The notes below the pieces were generated by a model. It saw only the letters and a list, made by a program, of their open reading frames with translations, was not told the DNA's origin and made no database searches. This document shows, in pieces, positions 41,340 through 48,952 of a stretch of DNA of 48,952 bases. The stretch is from IMG/VR virus record IMGVR_UViG_3300006217_000086. One strand, written 5' to 3'. The DNA is from a virus. The translations under genes were made by a program, and so were the position numbers. Within the stretch, counting starts at the first letter, position 1, and each line of letters starts with the position of its first letter.

Positions 41340-42320
41340 ATGAATGGAGCAGTAATTGGCACTTTAATCCTCATATTCATGTTACTCATTAAGTGCATCA
41401 TCAATCTGTGCATAAAAGCACGATGCAGCCCAGATATGACGGTAGCAGAATACCTTATTGAAAAAACCTATTTGAATCCAAATAAGGAATTTTCTCCTCC
41501 GTCTTCCAAACGGAAGCAGATGAAACTTGCAAGATTTCTAATTAAAAAAGTAAATGTCAACATGTTTATGGCGAATTCATGCACAAATCTCACCATGTTT
41601 ATTGATTGTTATGACAAAGCAGCTGAGAGTGTTTCAAAAGTGCAAAAGTGCAAAAAAGCAATTACTAAGGAGCCTATTCGCACATATTACTCCAAGTATC
41701 GCGATTTAGGCGATGAATTTCAATGGCGTCTTTGTGATGCAATCAAAAAAGCAAAAGAAACCACAATTTTTGAAATTCAGGAGAAATACCAAAACAGCCG
41801 TGAATTTCAAGAAAAATCCTTTTCCCAGTTTGAAGATTCAATTAACGCCGCTAGGCGTAGATTTTCTATATATACCGCGCAATTTGCAGACGATTCCATT
41901 CAAGAAGTTAGAAACATGTTAGAAAGGTCCTCCCATTTACGATTCCCTTCGGACCTGAGCCTCTCCTCAGTAGACCATATGGAAGGCCACGATTTTGAAT
42001 ACTGGTGCGCAAAGCTGCTGAAAAGAAACGGCTTTGAACAAGTGGCTGTCACGAAAGGAAGCGGCGATCAGGGGGTTGACGTACTGGCTCTTAAAGATGG
42101 GGTGCAGTATGCTATTCAATGCAAATGCTATTCCTCTGACGTTGGGAATACATCTATTCAAGAGGTCCATGCCGGGAAAGCCTTTTATCACTGCCAAGTA
42201 GCGGTGGTTATGACCAACCGTTACTTTACAGCGGGTGCCAAGACCCTGGCTCAGGCCACCGGCGTTCTTCTCTGGGACCGTGCAAAACTCCAAGAACTGA
42301 TTGTCTCCGCCGCCCCATGA
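41340..42320 (+). CDS. Membrane-anchored Mrr-cat (PD-(D/E)xK) restriction-endonuclease-domain protein
   Basis: N-terminal TM segment GAVIGTLILIFMLLIKCIINLCI. C-terminus GHDFEYWCAKLLKRNGFEQVAVTKGSGDQGVDVLALKDGVQYAIQCKCYSSDVGNTSIQEV...VVMTNRYFTAGAKTLA is the Mrr_cat pattern. Confidence 0.75.
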   Translation: MNGAVIGTLILIFMLLIKCIINLCIKARCSPDMTVAEYLIEKTYLNPNKEFSPPSSKRKQMKLARFLIKKVNVNMFMANSCTNLTMFIDCYDKAAESVSKVQKCKKAITKEPIRTYYSKYRDLGDEFQWRLCDAIKKAKETTIFEIQEKYQNSREFQEKSFSQFEDSINAARRRFSIYTAQFADDSIQEVRNMLERSSHLRFPSDLSLSSVDHMEGHDFEYWCAKLLKRNGFEQVAVTKGSGDQGVDVLALKDGVQYAIQCKCYSSDVGNTSIQEVHAGKAFYHCQVAVVMTNRYFTAGAKTLAQATGVLLWDRAKLQELIVSAAP

Positions 42321-42335
42321 CCGGGGCGGCTTTTT
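42309..42335 (+). terminator. Rho-independent terminator (gccgcccc-atgacc-ggggcggc followed by TTTTT)
   Basis: Read directly from the sequence. Overlaps the stop codon of the Mrr-cat gene. Confidence 0.7.
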
Positions 42336-42397
42336 ATGCGCCTGTCAAACGTTCCGCTGTCTCTATGAAGTTGTCAAGGTGCAGATGGGCTGCCGAC

Positions 42398-42955
42398 CTA
42401 GGGCTCCGGCTCTTTTACCCGTCTCAAAATGTCCGCGATGGCCGCGGTTTCCTCCGCGGTGTACTGCCCCGGCAGGGCAAAGCGCCGCTTCATCCGGAGG
42501 AACTCCGCCCGCTTCCTCTGGTCCACTTCCGCGGCCTCCGTGGTCCGGATGTCCATCACGCCGGAAAAAGCCGTGCCGCCCAGGTCCCCCAGCATGGAGA
42601 CAAAGGAGAACCAGTGGAGCCTTTCCCGGCTGATGTCCAGCCCGAAGACCCTGCGGAAGGCGGACACCAGCCGTCCCGCGTCATATTCGAAGGAATAGAC
42701 CTCCGGGCCGCCGTCCTCCTCCGCCGCCGTCTCCGGCGCTCCGCAGGACATGAACCAGCCCAGGCCCCGGACGGCGGTCTCCAGGTCCGGCATCCCGTTG
42801 CCGTACAGCAGGGACAGGGCGGTCCAGGTCTTTTCGCTGTCGCTCAGCTCCGCGTCCGAGAGGCACAGCTGAATCTGCACCCCAATCCGGTAGTCCGTGC
42901 GGATGAGCCAGCCCTTGTAATCCTCTGGCAGGCGGTCCAGCAGGGCGTTATACAT
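42398..42955 (-). CDS. Phage Gp15-family tail assembly protein
   Basis: MYNALLDRLPEDYKGWLIRTDYRIGVQIQLCLSDAELSDSEK. Confidence 0.65.
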   Translation of the reverse strand: MYNALLDRLPEDYKGWLIRTDYRIGVQIQLCLSDAELSDSEKTWTALSLLYGNGMPDLETAVRGLGWFMSCGAPETAAEEDGGPEVYSFEYDAGRLVSAFRRVFGLDISRERLHWFSFVSMLGDLGGTAFSGVMDIRTTEAAEVDQRKRAEFLRMKRRFALPGQYTAEETAAIADILRRVKEPEP

Positions 42956-43382
42956 TGCCGGTCCGGGCGGCGCTGTATTTGCGCATCCGGTCCGCCCGTT
43001 CCTTGCCCGCCTGCTCAAAATAGGGCATCAGCTGGGTGAAGAAGTCGTCAAACAGCTCCACCCCCGGCAGAATGTCCCCGAAGACCTTCCGGCAGGTGCC
43101 CTCGCCGAAAAGACCGTCCACCTCCGCCGCGATGGCCTGGTGAATCTCCCGGTCCAGCTCCGCCAGGCGGCGGCTCCGCTCCAGGCTGCCCGCCGGATGG
43201 GCGGCCTGGATCTCCGCCTCCCGGGGCTCCGCCTCCTCCGCCAGGGCCTGCACCCGGTCCAGCAGGGCGAAGAAACGGCTGGGGAACTGGTGGTCGCCAA
43301 AGTTCAGGACGATAGAATCGCCGCTGTCGTTGACCTCAATCTTCTTGGCCCCGTTCTGTACGCGAATCCCCGCCATGGTCAC
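42948..43382 (-). CDS. Tail assembly chaperone-like protein
   Basis: Position between the major tail and Gp15 genes. Acidic helical C-terminus. Confidence 0.5.
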   Translation of the reverse strand: MTMAGIRVQNGAKKIEVNDSGDSIVLNFGDHQFPSRFFALLDRVQALAEEAEPREAEIQAAHPAGSLERSRRLAELDREIHQAIAAEVDGLFGEGTCRKVFGDILPGVELFDDFFTQLMPYFEQAGKERADRMRKYSAARTGNV

Positions 43383-43882
43383 ACCTCCCGCGCGGCGGCC
43401 GCGGCGCCCTCTGTGAAGGTCCGGGTGTCCGGGTTGAAGGTGCCGGGGATGCCGTCTCCCCGCCAGTTGATGGTGTATCCGATGGACAGGGGGTCCGAGG
43501 CCGCGCCGCCGTAGCTGTCCAGCTGGATGGAGACCGGCTGCTTGACGGCCGGGTAGCTGCCGCCGGCGGCCTCCTCAAAGACATCCAGCATCACCACGTC
43601 CGTATAGGCCCCGCTCATCACCGGAAGGGTTTTCCGCATCTCGTTGATGTACGCAAAGGCCGGGTCCCCCTTGACCGCCTGGGACGTGACCGGGGCGTTG
43701 GGCTGGTAGCCGGTGATCTCCGTGGTGGCGGTGTCCTGGTGGATGTACTGCTCCGTGCTGGTCTGGGGGTTGTAGGACACGGAGAGCTCCGTCACACCCT
43801 CGCCCACCAGGGCATAGCTGGCGGCGGTCTCGCTGGGCGTGGTGTTGATGAACAGCAAAAATGCGCTTCGTTTCTCTGCCAT
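43379..43882 (-). CDS. Major tail protein
   Basis: MAEKRSAFLLFINTTPSETAASYALVGEGVTELSVSYNPQT... plus position. Confidence 0.7.
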   Translation of the reverse strand: MAEKRSAFLLFINTTPSETAASYALVGEGVTELSVSYNPQTSTEQYIHQDTATTEITGYQPNAPVTSQAVKGDPAFAYINEMRKTLPVMSGAYTDVVMLDVFEEAAGGSYPAVKQPVSIQLDSYGGAASDPLSIGYTINWRGDGIPGTFNPDTRTFTEGAAAAAREV

Positions 43883-43904
43883 AGTTCTTCCTTTCCGTCC
43901 GGTC

Positions 43905-44369
43905 TCAGGGCTTCCCCTGATAGGTCAGCTTCATAAAAATCTGATGGTCCTCGTCGCCGTTTTCAAATAGGGCGTACAGCGCGGAGCGGGTGGTGGGCTC
44001 CAGCGCCCGCACGGTCAGCCCCGGGCCGATGTCCGGCGTCTGCCCGGCGGCCCAGTCTCCCAGGCGGTTCAAAAGCTCGTCCGCCTTCAGCCGCCGGTCC
44101 ACACTGCTGCCGGGCTTCACGCGGTAAATCACCTTGAATGGATACTCCGCCGTATAGCCGCCCAGGATGTTCCGCTCCACGATATAGGTCCCCTGGACGA
44201 TGGAGAGGGCCATGCAGGTCCGGTCGTCCTCCAGAAACTCATACCGGATGGGGCCCGCCTCCTCCGGCAGGTCCGGGAAGGTGTTCAGCCACTTGAGCAC
44301 ATTCCGGGAAATCCGGTCCTCCTCTGCCTGAGCCACCAGCTGGGACGGCCGCTCCTTATCCGAACTCAT
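43905..44369 (-). CDS. Tail completion / minor capsid-type protein
   Basis: Synteny. Likely start at ATG 44369. Confidence 0.5.
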   Translation of the reverse strand: MSSDKERPSQLVAQAEEDRISRNVLKWLNTFPDLPEEAGPIRYEFLEDDRTCMALSIVQGTYIVERNILGGYTAEYPFKVIYRVKPGSSVDRRLKADELLNRLGDWAAGQTPDIGPGLTVRALEPTTRSALYALFENGDEDHQIFMKLTYQGKP

Positions 44370-44772
44370 GGCGCACCGCCCTTCCTGCCACACGGATCCA
44401 CTTCTCCTTGTTCTGGGCCTTGGACGCCTCAAACCAGTGGTCCTGGGCCTTGCTGTGAACCCTTTTGCTGTAATGCAGTCTGATTCCGGTTACCGCTTTC
44501 GTGGCGCCCAGCGGCGCAAAGGCGCTGCCGGTGCGGGGGTCCACCATCAATTTGCCGTGGTACAGGTACCGGGCGTAGGGCCCGGGATAGAGGATGGTGT
44601 CACCCAGAACCTGGGTCCGGTTTGCCAGAGATTTGGTCCGTGCCGGCACAAAGGGCTCCGTGTCCTTGGCCGCCTGAACCACAACCGCGTGCCTTGCCTC
44701 CGCAGAGGCCCGGGCCATCCGCCGGCCCAGCCGGTTCAGGCCCAGAATTTCCACTCCAAAGCGCAGCCCCAT
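44356..44772 (-). CDS. Head-tail joining (Minor_capsid_1 / HK97 gp10-like) protein
   Basis: Synteny. ...DTEPFVPARTKSLANRT...YARYLYHG. Confidence 0.5.
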   Translation of the reverse strand: MGLRFGVEILGLNRLGRRMARASAEARHAVVVQAAKDTEPFVPARTKSLANRTQVLGDTILYPGPYARYLYHGKLMVDPRTGSAFAPLGATKAVTGIRLHYSKRVHSKAQDHWFEASKAQNKEKWIRVAGRAVRHEFG

Positions 44773-45233
44773 TATCTCCCCCCAATCTCCCAGTGCCTCA
44801 GCCCGCCGAAATCAAACTCCGTCACCTGGACGATGCGGAACACATCCCCGAACTCCCGCCCCAGCTCCTCGGCGGAGGCGTCCGGGTCCACGGCCTCCCC
44901 CCTGATGAAAAAGGCCTCCTGGCTGTCCGTGAGGGTCCAGAGCCCGGCGCGGTCCGCCGCTTTCCGGAACGCCGCATAGGGCGCGTACTGCCGTTTCCCG
45001 CCGGTGATGCCGTCCGACGCCGCCGCGTCAAAGGGGATGTGCAGCGCGGCGCGGTCCGCGCTCTTGCGCCCGCTTTCGCCGTCTGACACACCTGTGGACA
45101 CCTCCAGCAGCACGCCCTTCAGAAGGGTGATGTGATGGGTGACGCGATCCTCCAGGGTGTCCGGGTCCGTCTCAATCCGGGGGATGTACAGCGTCACGGT
45201 ATGGGGGAGCATCATCATACCCTTCCACCGCAC
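44772..45233 (-). CDS. Head-tail adaptor / head closure protein (start among several Met codons)
   Basis: Synteny. Confidence 0.5.
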   Translation of the reverse strand: MRWKGMMMLPHTVTLYIPRIETDPDTLEDRVTHHITLLKGVLLEVSTGVSDGESGRKSADRAALHIPFDAAASDGITGGKRQYAPYAAFRKAADRAGLWTLTDSQEAFFIRGEAVDPDASAEELGREFGDVFRIVQVTEFDFGGLRHWEIGGR

Positions 45234-45637
45234 CGGTACCCCTGCACGCCGAACAGCCCCGCAAAGGCCGGCGCGTCCCGCAGGTACTGCGTCACCGCCT
45301 CCCGCTTCCGCTGGCGCAGGCTCTCCAGCTGGGCGGCGGAGAGGCCGGTGCTCTGGTACGTCCGGCTCCAGCTGCCCACGGTCTCGCTGGACAGCGCCGG
45401 CTCCGCCGAAAAGGCCCCAGCCAGCAACCGCTCCTCGTCCTGAAAGGCCTCCGCCGCGGCGCAGACCGCCCGCCGGACCGCCTCTTGGTCTTCGGGGCTT
45501 TGCGCCTGCCCGCTCCGCCCCCGGGTCATGGCCCGGACGTAGGCGGAGGCCCGGGCCGCCAGCCGGGGGAAGTCCCGGGAGGAGATGGCCTCTCCCAAGT
45601 ACTCGTTGGCGTAAAAGTCATACTCCACACAGGCCAC
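45215..45637 (-). CDS. Head-tail connector (gp6-like) protein
   Basis: Position directly after the major capsid gene. ...YANEYLGEAIS..DFPRLAARASAYV. Confidence 0.55.
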   Translation of the reverse strand: MACVEYDFYANEYLGEAISSRDFPRLAARASAYVRAMTRGRSGQAQSPEDQEAVRRAVCAAAEAFQDEERLLAGAFSAEPALSSETVGSWSRTYQSTGLSAAQLESLRQRKREAVTQYLRDAPAFAGLFGVQGYRCGGRV

Positions 45638-45655
45638 GGGCCCCGCCTCCTCTCC

Positions 45656-46777
45656 TTATCGGCCGGCCTTCGCCCGGGCGGCCGGTGTCTCCAGGCCGCC
45701 GGCGGCGGTCCTGTCCGCCACCTTCAGCACCGCCACCTCGTCCATCCGCTCAAAGGAGGGCAGGACAATCTCCGAGGCAAAGAGGTTGACGTTCACCGGG
45801 TGCTCCTCCAGAACCCGGGTGATGGCCACGCCGGTGCTGACGATGCTCACCTCCGCCGTGGGGGAGGCCATCAGGTCCGCCTCCTCGGGGGTGGTGCCGT
45901 ACCAGGTGCTGCCTAGGGCCCCGTCGGGAATCAGCGCCACGTAGCCGTCGGGCACAAAGGCCCGGGCCCGGCCGCTCTCGTCCCGGTACATCTTGTCATA
46001 CACCGCAATCCGGAGGCGGGAGGTGCCGCTGACCACATTCTTCACCTCGTCGTCGGTGAGGTAGCCCAGGGACAGGCCGCTGGCGGTGAGATAGCGGCGC
46101 TTTACCGCCTCCGTGGCCGCCAGCAGGTTGAAGGTGGCGGTGTTCATAATGGCGGCGGTCAGCTCCGTGCCGGTGCGGCTGCGGACGGCGTCCTTGGCGG
46201 CCTTGAAGTCCTGGAAGGGGTCCGCCCCGGCGGCATCGCTCCACTGGCGGCTGCCGCTGAGCGCGGTGTAGCCGTTCGCCTTCCAGCTGCCGTCCCGGTC
46301 ATAGCGGTAGGTGTAGTCCACGCCGTTGGCCCGGATGGCGATGCCCGCCTCGCCGTTCTCCGGGAACAGCAGCTGCATAATCATCCGCTCCGGCACCACG
46401 CTGGCGCCGTCCAGCAGGGCGTTGGCGTCGTCAAACACCCGCTCAATCATGGCCTGGGCGTAGGGGTCGTTGGAATCCTGCACCCGCAGCAGCTCCTGGC
46501 GGTCCTTCTCCTTCAGCTTGAAGCCCTCCCGGAAGAAGGGCATCTCCGTCTCCAGCTTCTCAAAGCCGATGCGGCCGCGGAAGGTGGCCCTGGCGTCAAA
46601 GGCCGAGGGGGCCAGAGACACCGGCAGGCCCTTGGAGCCCTTCAGCCAGCTGAGGTCCAGGCCCGCCTTCTTCCGGGGCGGAAACAGGCCCGCCCCCAGA
46701 TAGGGCACCTGGGCGGAGGCCGCCTCCGTCCACTGGGCGGCAATGGCCGCCGGGGTGAAAAATGCTCGCAGATCCAT
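45656..46777 (-). CDS. Major capsid protein (capsid E-like family)
   Basis: 373 aa. ...LDLSWLKGSKGLPVSLAPSAFDARATFRGRIGF... Confidence 0.8.
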   Translation of the reverse strand: MDLRAFFTPAAIAAQWTEAASAQVPYLGAGLFPPRKKAGLDLSWLKGSKGLPVSLAPSAFDARATFRGRIGFEKLETEMPFFREGFKLKEKDRQELLRVQDSNDPYAQAMIERVFDDANALLDGASVVPERMIMQLLFPENGEAGIAIRANGVDYTYRYDRDGSWKANGYTALSGSRQWSDAAGADPFQDFKAAKDAVRSRTGTELTAAIMNTATFNLLAATEAVKRRYLTASGLSLGYLTDDEVKNVVSGTSRLRIAVYDKMYRDESGRARAFVPDGYVALIPDGALGSTWYGTTPEEADLMASPTAEVSIVSTGVAITRVLEEHPVNVNLFASEIVLPSFERMDEVAVLKVADRTAAGGLETPAARAKAGR

Positions 46778-46789
46778 CTTCGTTCCTCC

Positions 46790-47137
46790 TTACACCGCGT
46801 CGGCGGCATTTACGCCGGTGTTCTCCCGGAAGGTGACGCCGGGCAGAATGCCCTTCATGGTTTCGGCCGTGGCGGTTGCCCCGGCGTGCTCTCTGCACTG
46901 GGCCCAGTCCACGATGCCGCTGACCACCAGGGCGCCGTTGGGGTTGTCCGCGGGGTTCACGTCGTACAGCAGGATGCCGGCCGCGCCGGTTCCGTCGGGG
47001 GCGGCGGCACCCGCCGCCGTGACGGGCATCCCGGCCGGGACCGTCTCCGTTCCGGTCAGGCGGGCGGGGATGGCCTGGAAGTCGTCCGAGGCCAGAATCT
47101 CCACGCCGGCCACCGCCGGGGTCTTTTCAAATCTCAT
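46790..47137 (-). CDS. Putative head decoration protein
   Basis: Small ORF between the scaffold and capsid genes. Confidence 0.45.
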   Translation of the reverse strand: MRFEKTPAVAGVEILASDDFQAIPARLTGTETVPAGMPVTAAGAAAPDGTGAAGILLYDVNPADNPNGALVVSGIVDWAQCREHAGATATAETMKGILPGVTFRENTGVNAADAV

Positions 47138-47149
47138 CGGGATTCTCCT

Positions 47150-47767
47150 TTACAGATAGTGTTTCAGCACATCGCCGGAGGCCTTTCGCCCCGCGGCCCG
47201 GGCGGCGCCCATCTCCCGTGCCTGGGCCACGTTGGCGGGCACCGGCTCCGGAGGCGCGCCGCCGCCGCCCAGCGGCCCCAGCAGGCGGGGGGCGGGCCGC
47301 TCCGGCGCAAAGGCGTCCGGGTCCGCCTCCCGCTGGGCCTGGAGAAAGCCCTCCAGGCCCTCCAGGGCGCCGTCCTTCAAGGGCAGCTTCTGCTCCTTCA
47401 GGGCAGCGGTGAAGGCCCGCTCTGCGCTCTTGGAGCTGAATTTCAGCCCCCGCTCTCCAATGGCCCGGGTGACGGCCTCCGCGTAGTCCCGCTCCGCCAG
47501 CCGGGCGGTGAGGGCGGCGGTGTCCTGGTCATACTTGGCCTGGAGGTCGGTGAGCCGCTGCTGAACGGCGGCAAGGTCGCCATTGGACTTTTTCAGGCTC
47601 TCCAGCTCTCCCTGGACGGCGGTCAGGGCCTCCCGGGCCTCCGCCAGGTCTGTCTTGGCCTGGGTTCCTCGGGCCTTCTCCCGGCCGATGTCCGCCATGT
47701 TCTCGTCCAGAATCCGGTCGACGGCGGCCTCCTCCAGCCCCAGGGTTTTCAGAAACTCGCGTGTCAT
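47150..47767 (-). CDS. Scaffolding protein (GP20-like)
   Basis: MTREFLKTLGLEEAAVDRILDENMADIGREK... and a long coiled coil. Confidence 0.7.
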   Translation of the reverse strand: MTREFLKTLGLEEAAVDRILDENMADIGREKARGTQAKTDLAEAREALTAVQGELESLKKSNGDLAAVQQRLTDLQAKYDQDTAALTARLAERDYAEAVTRAIGERGLKFSSKSAERAFTAALKEQKLPLKDGALEGLEGFLQAQREADPDAFAPERPAPRLLGPLGGGGAPPEPVPANVAQAREMGAARAAGRKASGDVLKHYL

Positions 47768-47952
47768 GGGTGCTCCTCTCCAGCTTCGCTTTTTTCGCGT
47801 GGGTCGCCTCCACTGCTGTCCCGTAGTTTTGCGACGTCGGGCCGGTCAAAAATAAAACGGAGCCAGCCGCCGGATTCCCGGCGGTCAGCTCCATTTCGCT
47901 CTTCCCGGCAGACGGTTCCTGCCAGGGTACGCTGTTCGATTGTCAGAGGTTT

Positions 47953-48150
47953 TCAGTCTTCGAAAAACGGCACCACGTCCGGCAGCTCCACGCCCTGCTC
48001 CAGGGCCTCCTGGAGGAAGCCCATGAACGCCTCGTAGGTCATGGCATCGTAGTTCAGCTCGTCGTAGCTATCTGGGCCAACTCCATGGTTCTCATCCATA
48101 TATTGATGCGCCAGCTGCCTCAGCTCCTCGGTAATCTTCCCCTTCCACAT
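47953..48150 (-). CDS. Small acidic protein directly downstream of the MuF C-terminal module; candidate immunity protein
   Basis: Starts 1 nt after the MuF stop. MWKGKITEELRQLAHQYMDENHGVGPDSYDELNYDAMTYEAFMGFLQEALEQGVELPDVVPFFED. Confidence 0.5.
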   Translation of the reverse strand: MWKGKITEELRQLAHQYMDENHGVGPDSYDELNYDAMTYEAFMGFLQEALEQGVELPDVVPFFED

Positions 48151-48151
48151 A

Positions 48152-48952
48152 TCACACCAGTCCTTTTAATGCTATTATAGCATCCTTTTCAAAGTTTGGG
48201 AATAGAATATGGAAAAGATTCAAAACATCTTTATTATTTTGGAATTGAATTCTCCCAAACTGCGCCCATGCTTCCAGCTCCAAGAAGCCTTTCGTTCTCC
48301 AATAATTCCTCGGGTGACCATAGCCATAGTCTATTTTTCCCACTGAAAATCCATTTAGAATATCGGCAATCCCACGATATTCTTCTTTGAACACCGTTCT
48401 TCCTGTCAAAGAGTTTGTTTCAAACAGATTGGGGAATTTCGACACAAGGTACTGTTTCACATCGCCTCCGCTTGCTGCATTCAGCGCCAGGTAGTCGTTC
48501 ATCAAACTTTCCGAAAATCTCTGACTGACCCGCCCGCCCACATCCATTCTGTGAAACAGCTCATGCACCAATGTGGAGGCATCCGCATTCGCTCCAATGT
48601 GGATGATATTCAGCCCGGGCCCTGGGTGGAAATACGAGCGGGCCCCGCTTTCCACAATATAATCCGCATTCCGGTACACCTTCCGCAGCGCCGCCCGCAT
48701 TTCCGGCGTGGTGCGGGCCATGCCGTCATGGAAGGACTTCCGAAGCCCTTTGGGCAGCCCGCCAAAGCCGGTCACCTTCCGCAGCTTGGCCGCGCTCTTG
48801 GCCGCTCTCCTGGCCCGGTCGCCAAGATCACTTTCTGCCGCCGCCAGAGGTCCGCCGCCCTCCAGCACCCGCAGCCGCTCCGGCTGCTCCGGCAGCCCGG
48901 CCGCTTTGCTGAACCGGCGGTACTGCTCGTTCAGCCGCCGCAGGCGGACGGC
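48152..48952 (-). CDS. MuF-family protein, C-terminal HExxH metallopeptidase-like module (continuation of 1..308 across the junction)
   Basis: ...ASTLVHELFHRMD... (HExxH) with a downstream ELEAWAQF. The 3' ~300 nt are conspicuously AT-rich relative to the rest of the gene. Confidence 0.7.
   Translation of the reverse strand, partial: AVRLRRLNEQYRRFSKAAGLPEQPERLRVLEGGGPLAAAESDLGDRARRAAKSAAKLRKVTGFGGLPKGLRKSFHDGMARTTPEMRAALRKVYRNADYIVESGARSYFHPGPGLNIIHIGANADASTLVHELFHRMDVGGRVSQRFSESLMNDYLALNAASGGDVKQYLVSKFPNLFETNSLTGRTVFKEEYRGIADILNGFSVGKIDYGYGHPRNYWRTKGFLELEAWAQFGRIQFQNNKDVLNLFHILFPNFEKDAIIALKGLV
48876..48952. repeat. Second copy of the 77-bp terminal overlap
   Basis: Identical to 1..77. Confidence 0.95.

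Larger units (their letters stand above)
1..48952. mobile_element. Complete circular temperate phage genome (siphovirus-like; about 48,875 bp unique)
   Basis: Identical 77-bp ends. Full set of integrase/attP, CI/Cro, replication, terminase, portal, capsid, tail, tape measure and lysis genes. Confidence 0.9.

Noticed and set aside
42398-43382. Programmed -1 frameshift (G/GT-type) in the tail chaperone genes
   Set aside because: The two ORFs overlap by 8 nt with an ordinary ATG start for the Gp15-family gene. I did not identify a slippery heptamer.

Overview
The first 77 bp (1..77) are identical to the last 77 bp (48876..48952), so this window is one closed circular element with about 48,875 bp of unique sequence. 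Its gene content is that of a complete temperate siphovirus-like phage from a GC-rich Firmicutes/Clostridia-type host. The host assignment is an inference from protein families and strong GGAGG ribosome-binding sites. Nearly all real genes are on the minus strand; most long plus-strand ORFs in the track are GC-driven shadow ORFs.

Reading the minus strand downwards, the modules are:
- Immunity switch: Cro-like gene at 18538..18768, facing a CI/LexA-S24 repressor at 18939..19739 on the plus strand.
- Early and replication genes (18.2 -> 5.8 kb): hexapeptide-repeat protein, 3D-domain protein, HNH, PAPS-reductase-like protein, Gp157, Rad52-like annealase, NinB-like protein, SSB, DUF927 SF3 helicase-primase, iteron-rich putative ori, SF2 helicase, VRR-NUC.
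- Packaging and head: a fused TerS-TerL terminase, portal, a Bro-N/ANT gene, an interrupted MuF (SPP1 gp7-like) gene that runs across the circular junction, scaffold, decoration protein, major capsid, connectors.
- Tail: major tail protein, two chaperones, a 1260-aa tape measure protein, Dit/Tal-like proteins, and a long series of fibre genes with collagen-like, Kelch-like and beta-helix features.
- Lysis: XhlA-like protein, holin, M15 endolysin.
- An attP-proximal accessory cassette, attP carrying a tRNA 3' fragment, and a tyrosine integrase.

Most unusual observations:
1. A 163-bp G-tract- and hairpin-rich element is present twice. One copy sits in a ~235-nt sequence that splits the conserved MuF gene. 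A separate in-frame TAG lies inside the MuF NCRH motif.
2. The MuF C-terminus is an AT-rich HExxH metalloprotease-like module followed by a small acidic ORF, the layout of a MuF polymorphic toxin with an immunity gene.
3. An AT-rich island inserted between the tail chaperones and the tape measure gene encodes an RHH regulator and a membrane-anchored Mrr-cat nuclease. This is a candidate superinfection-exclusion or defence module.
4. A low-GC lysogeny-side island carries an HsdR_N-type PD-(D/E)xK protein, a GNAT toxin-like pair and small RHH operons with palindromic operators.
5. A 58-bp perfect tandem duplication frameshifts an HTH gene.
6. A 19 x 18-bp coding tandem repeat encodes a (GIEAGx)n hexapeptide array.

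All family assignments come from motif recognition by eye; no database search was possible.
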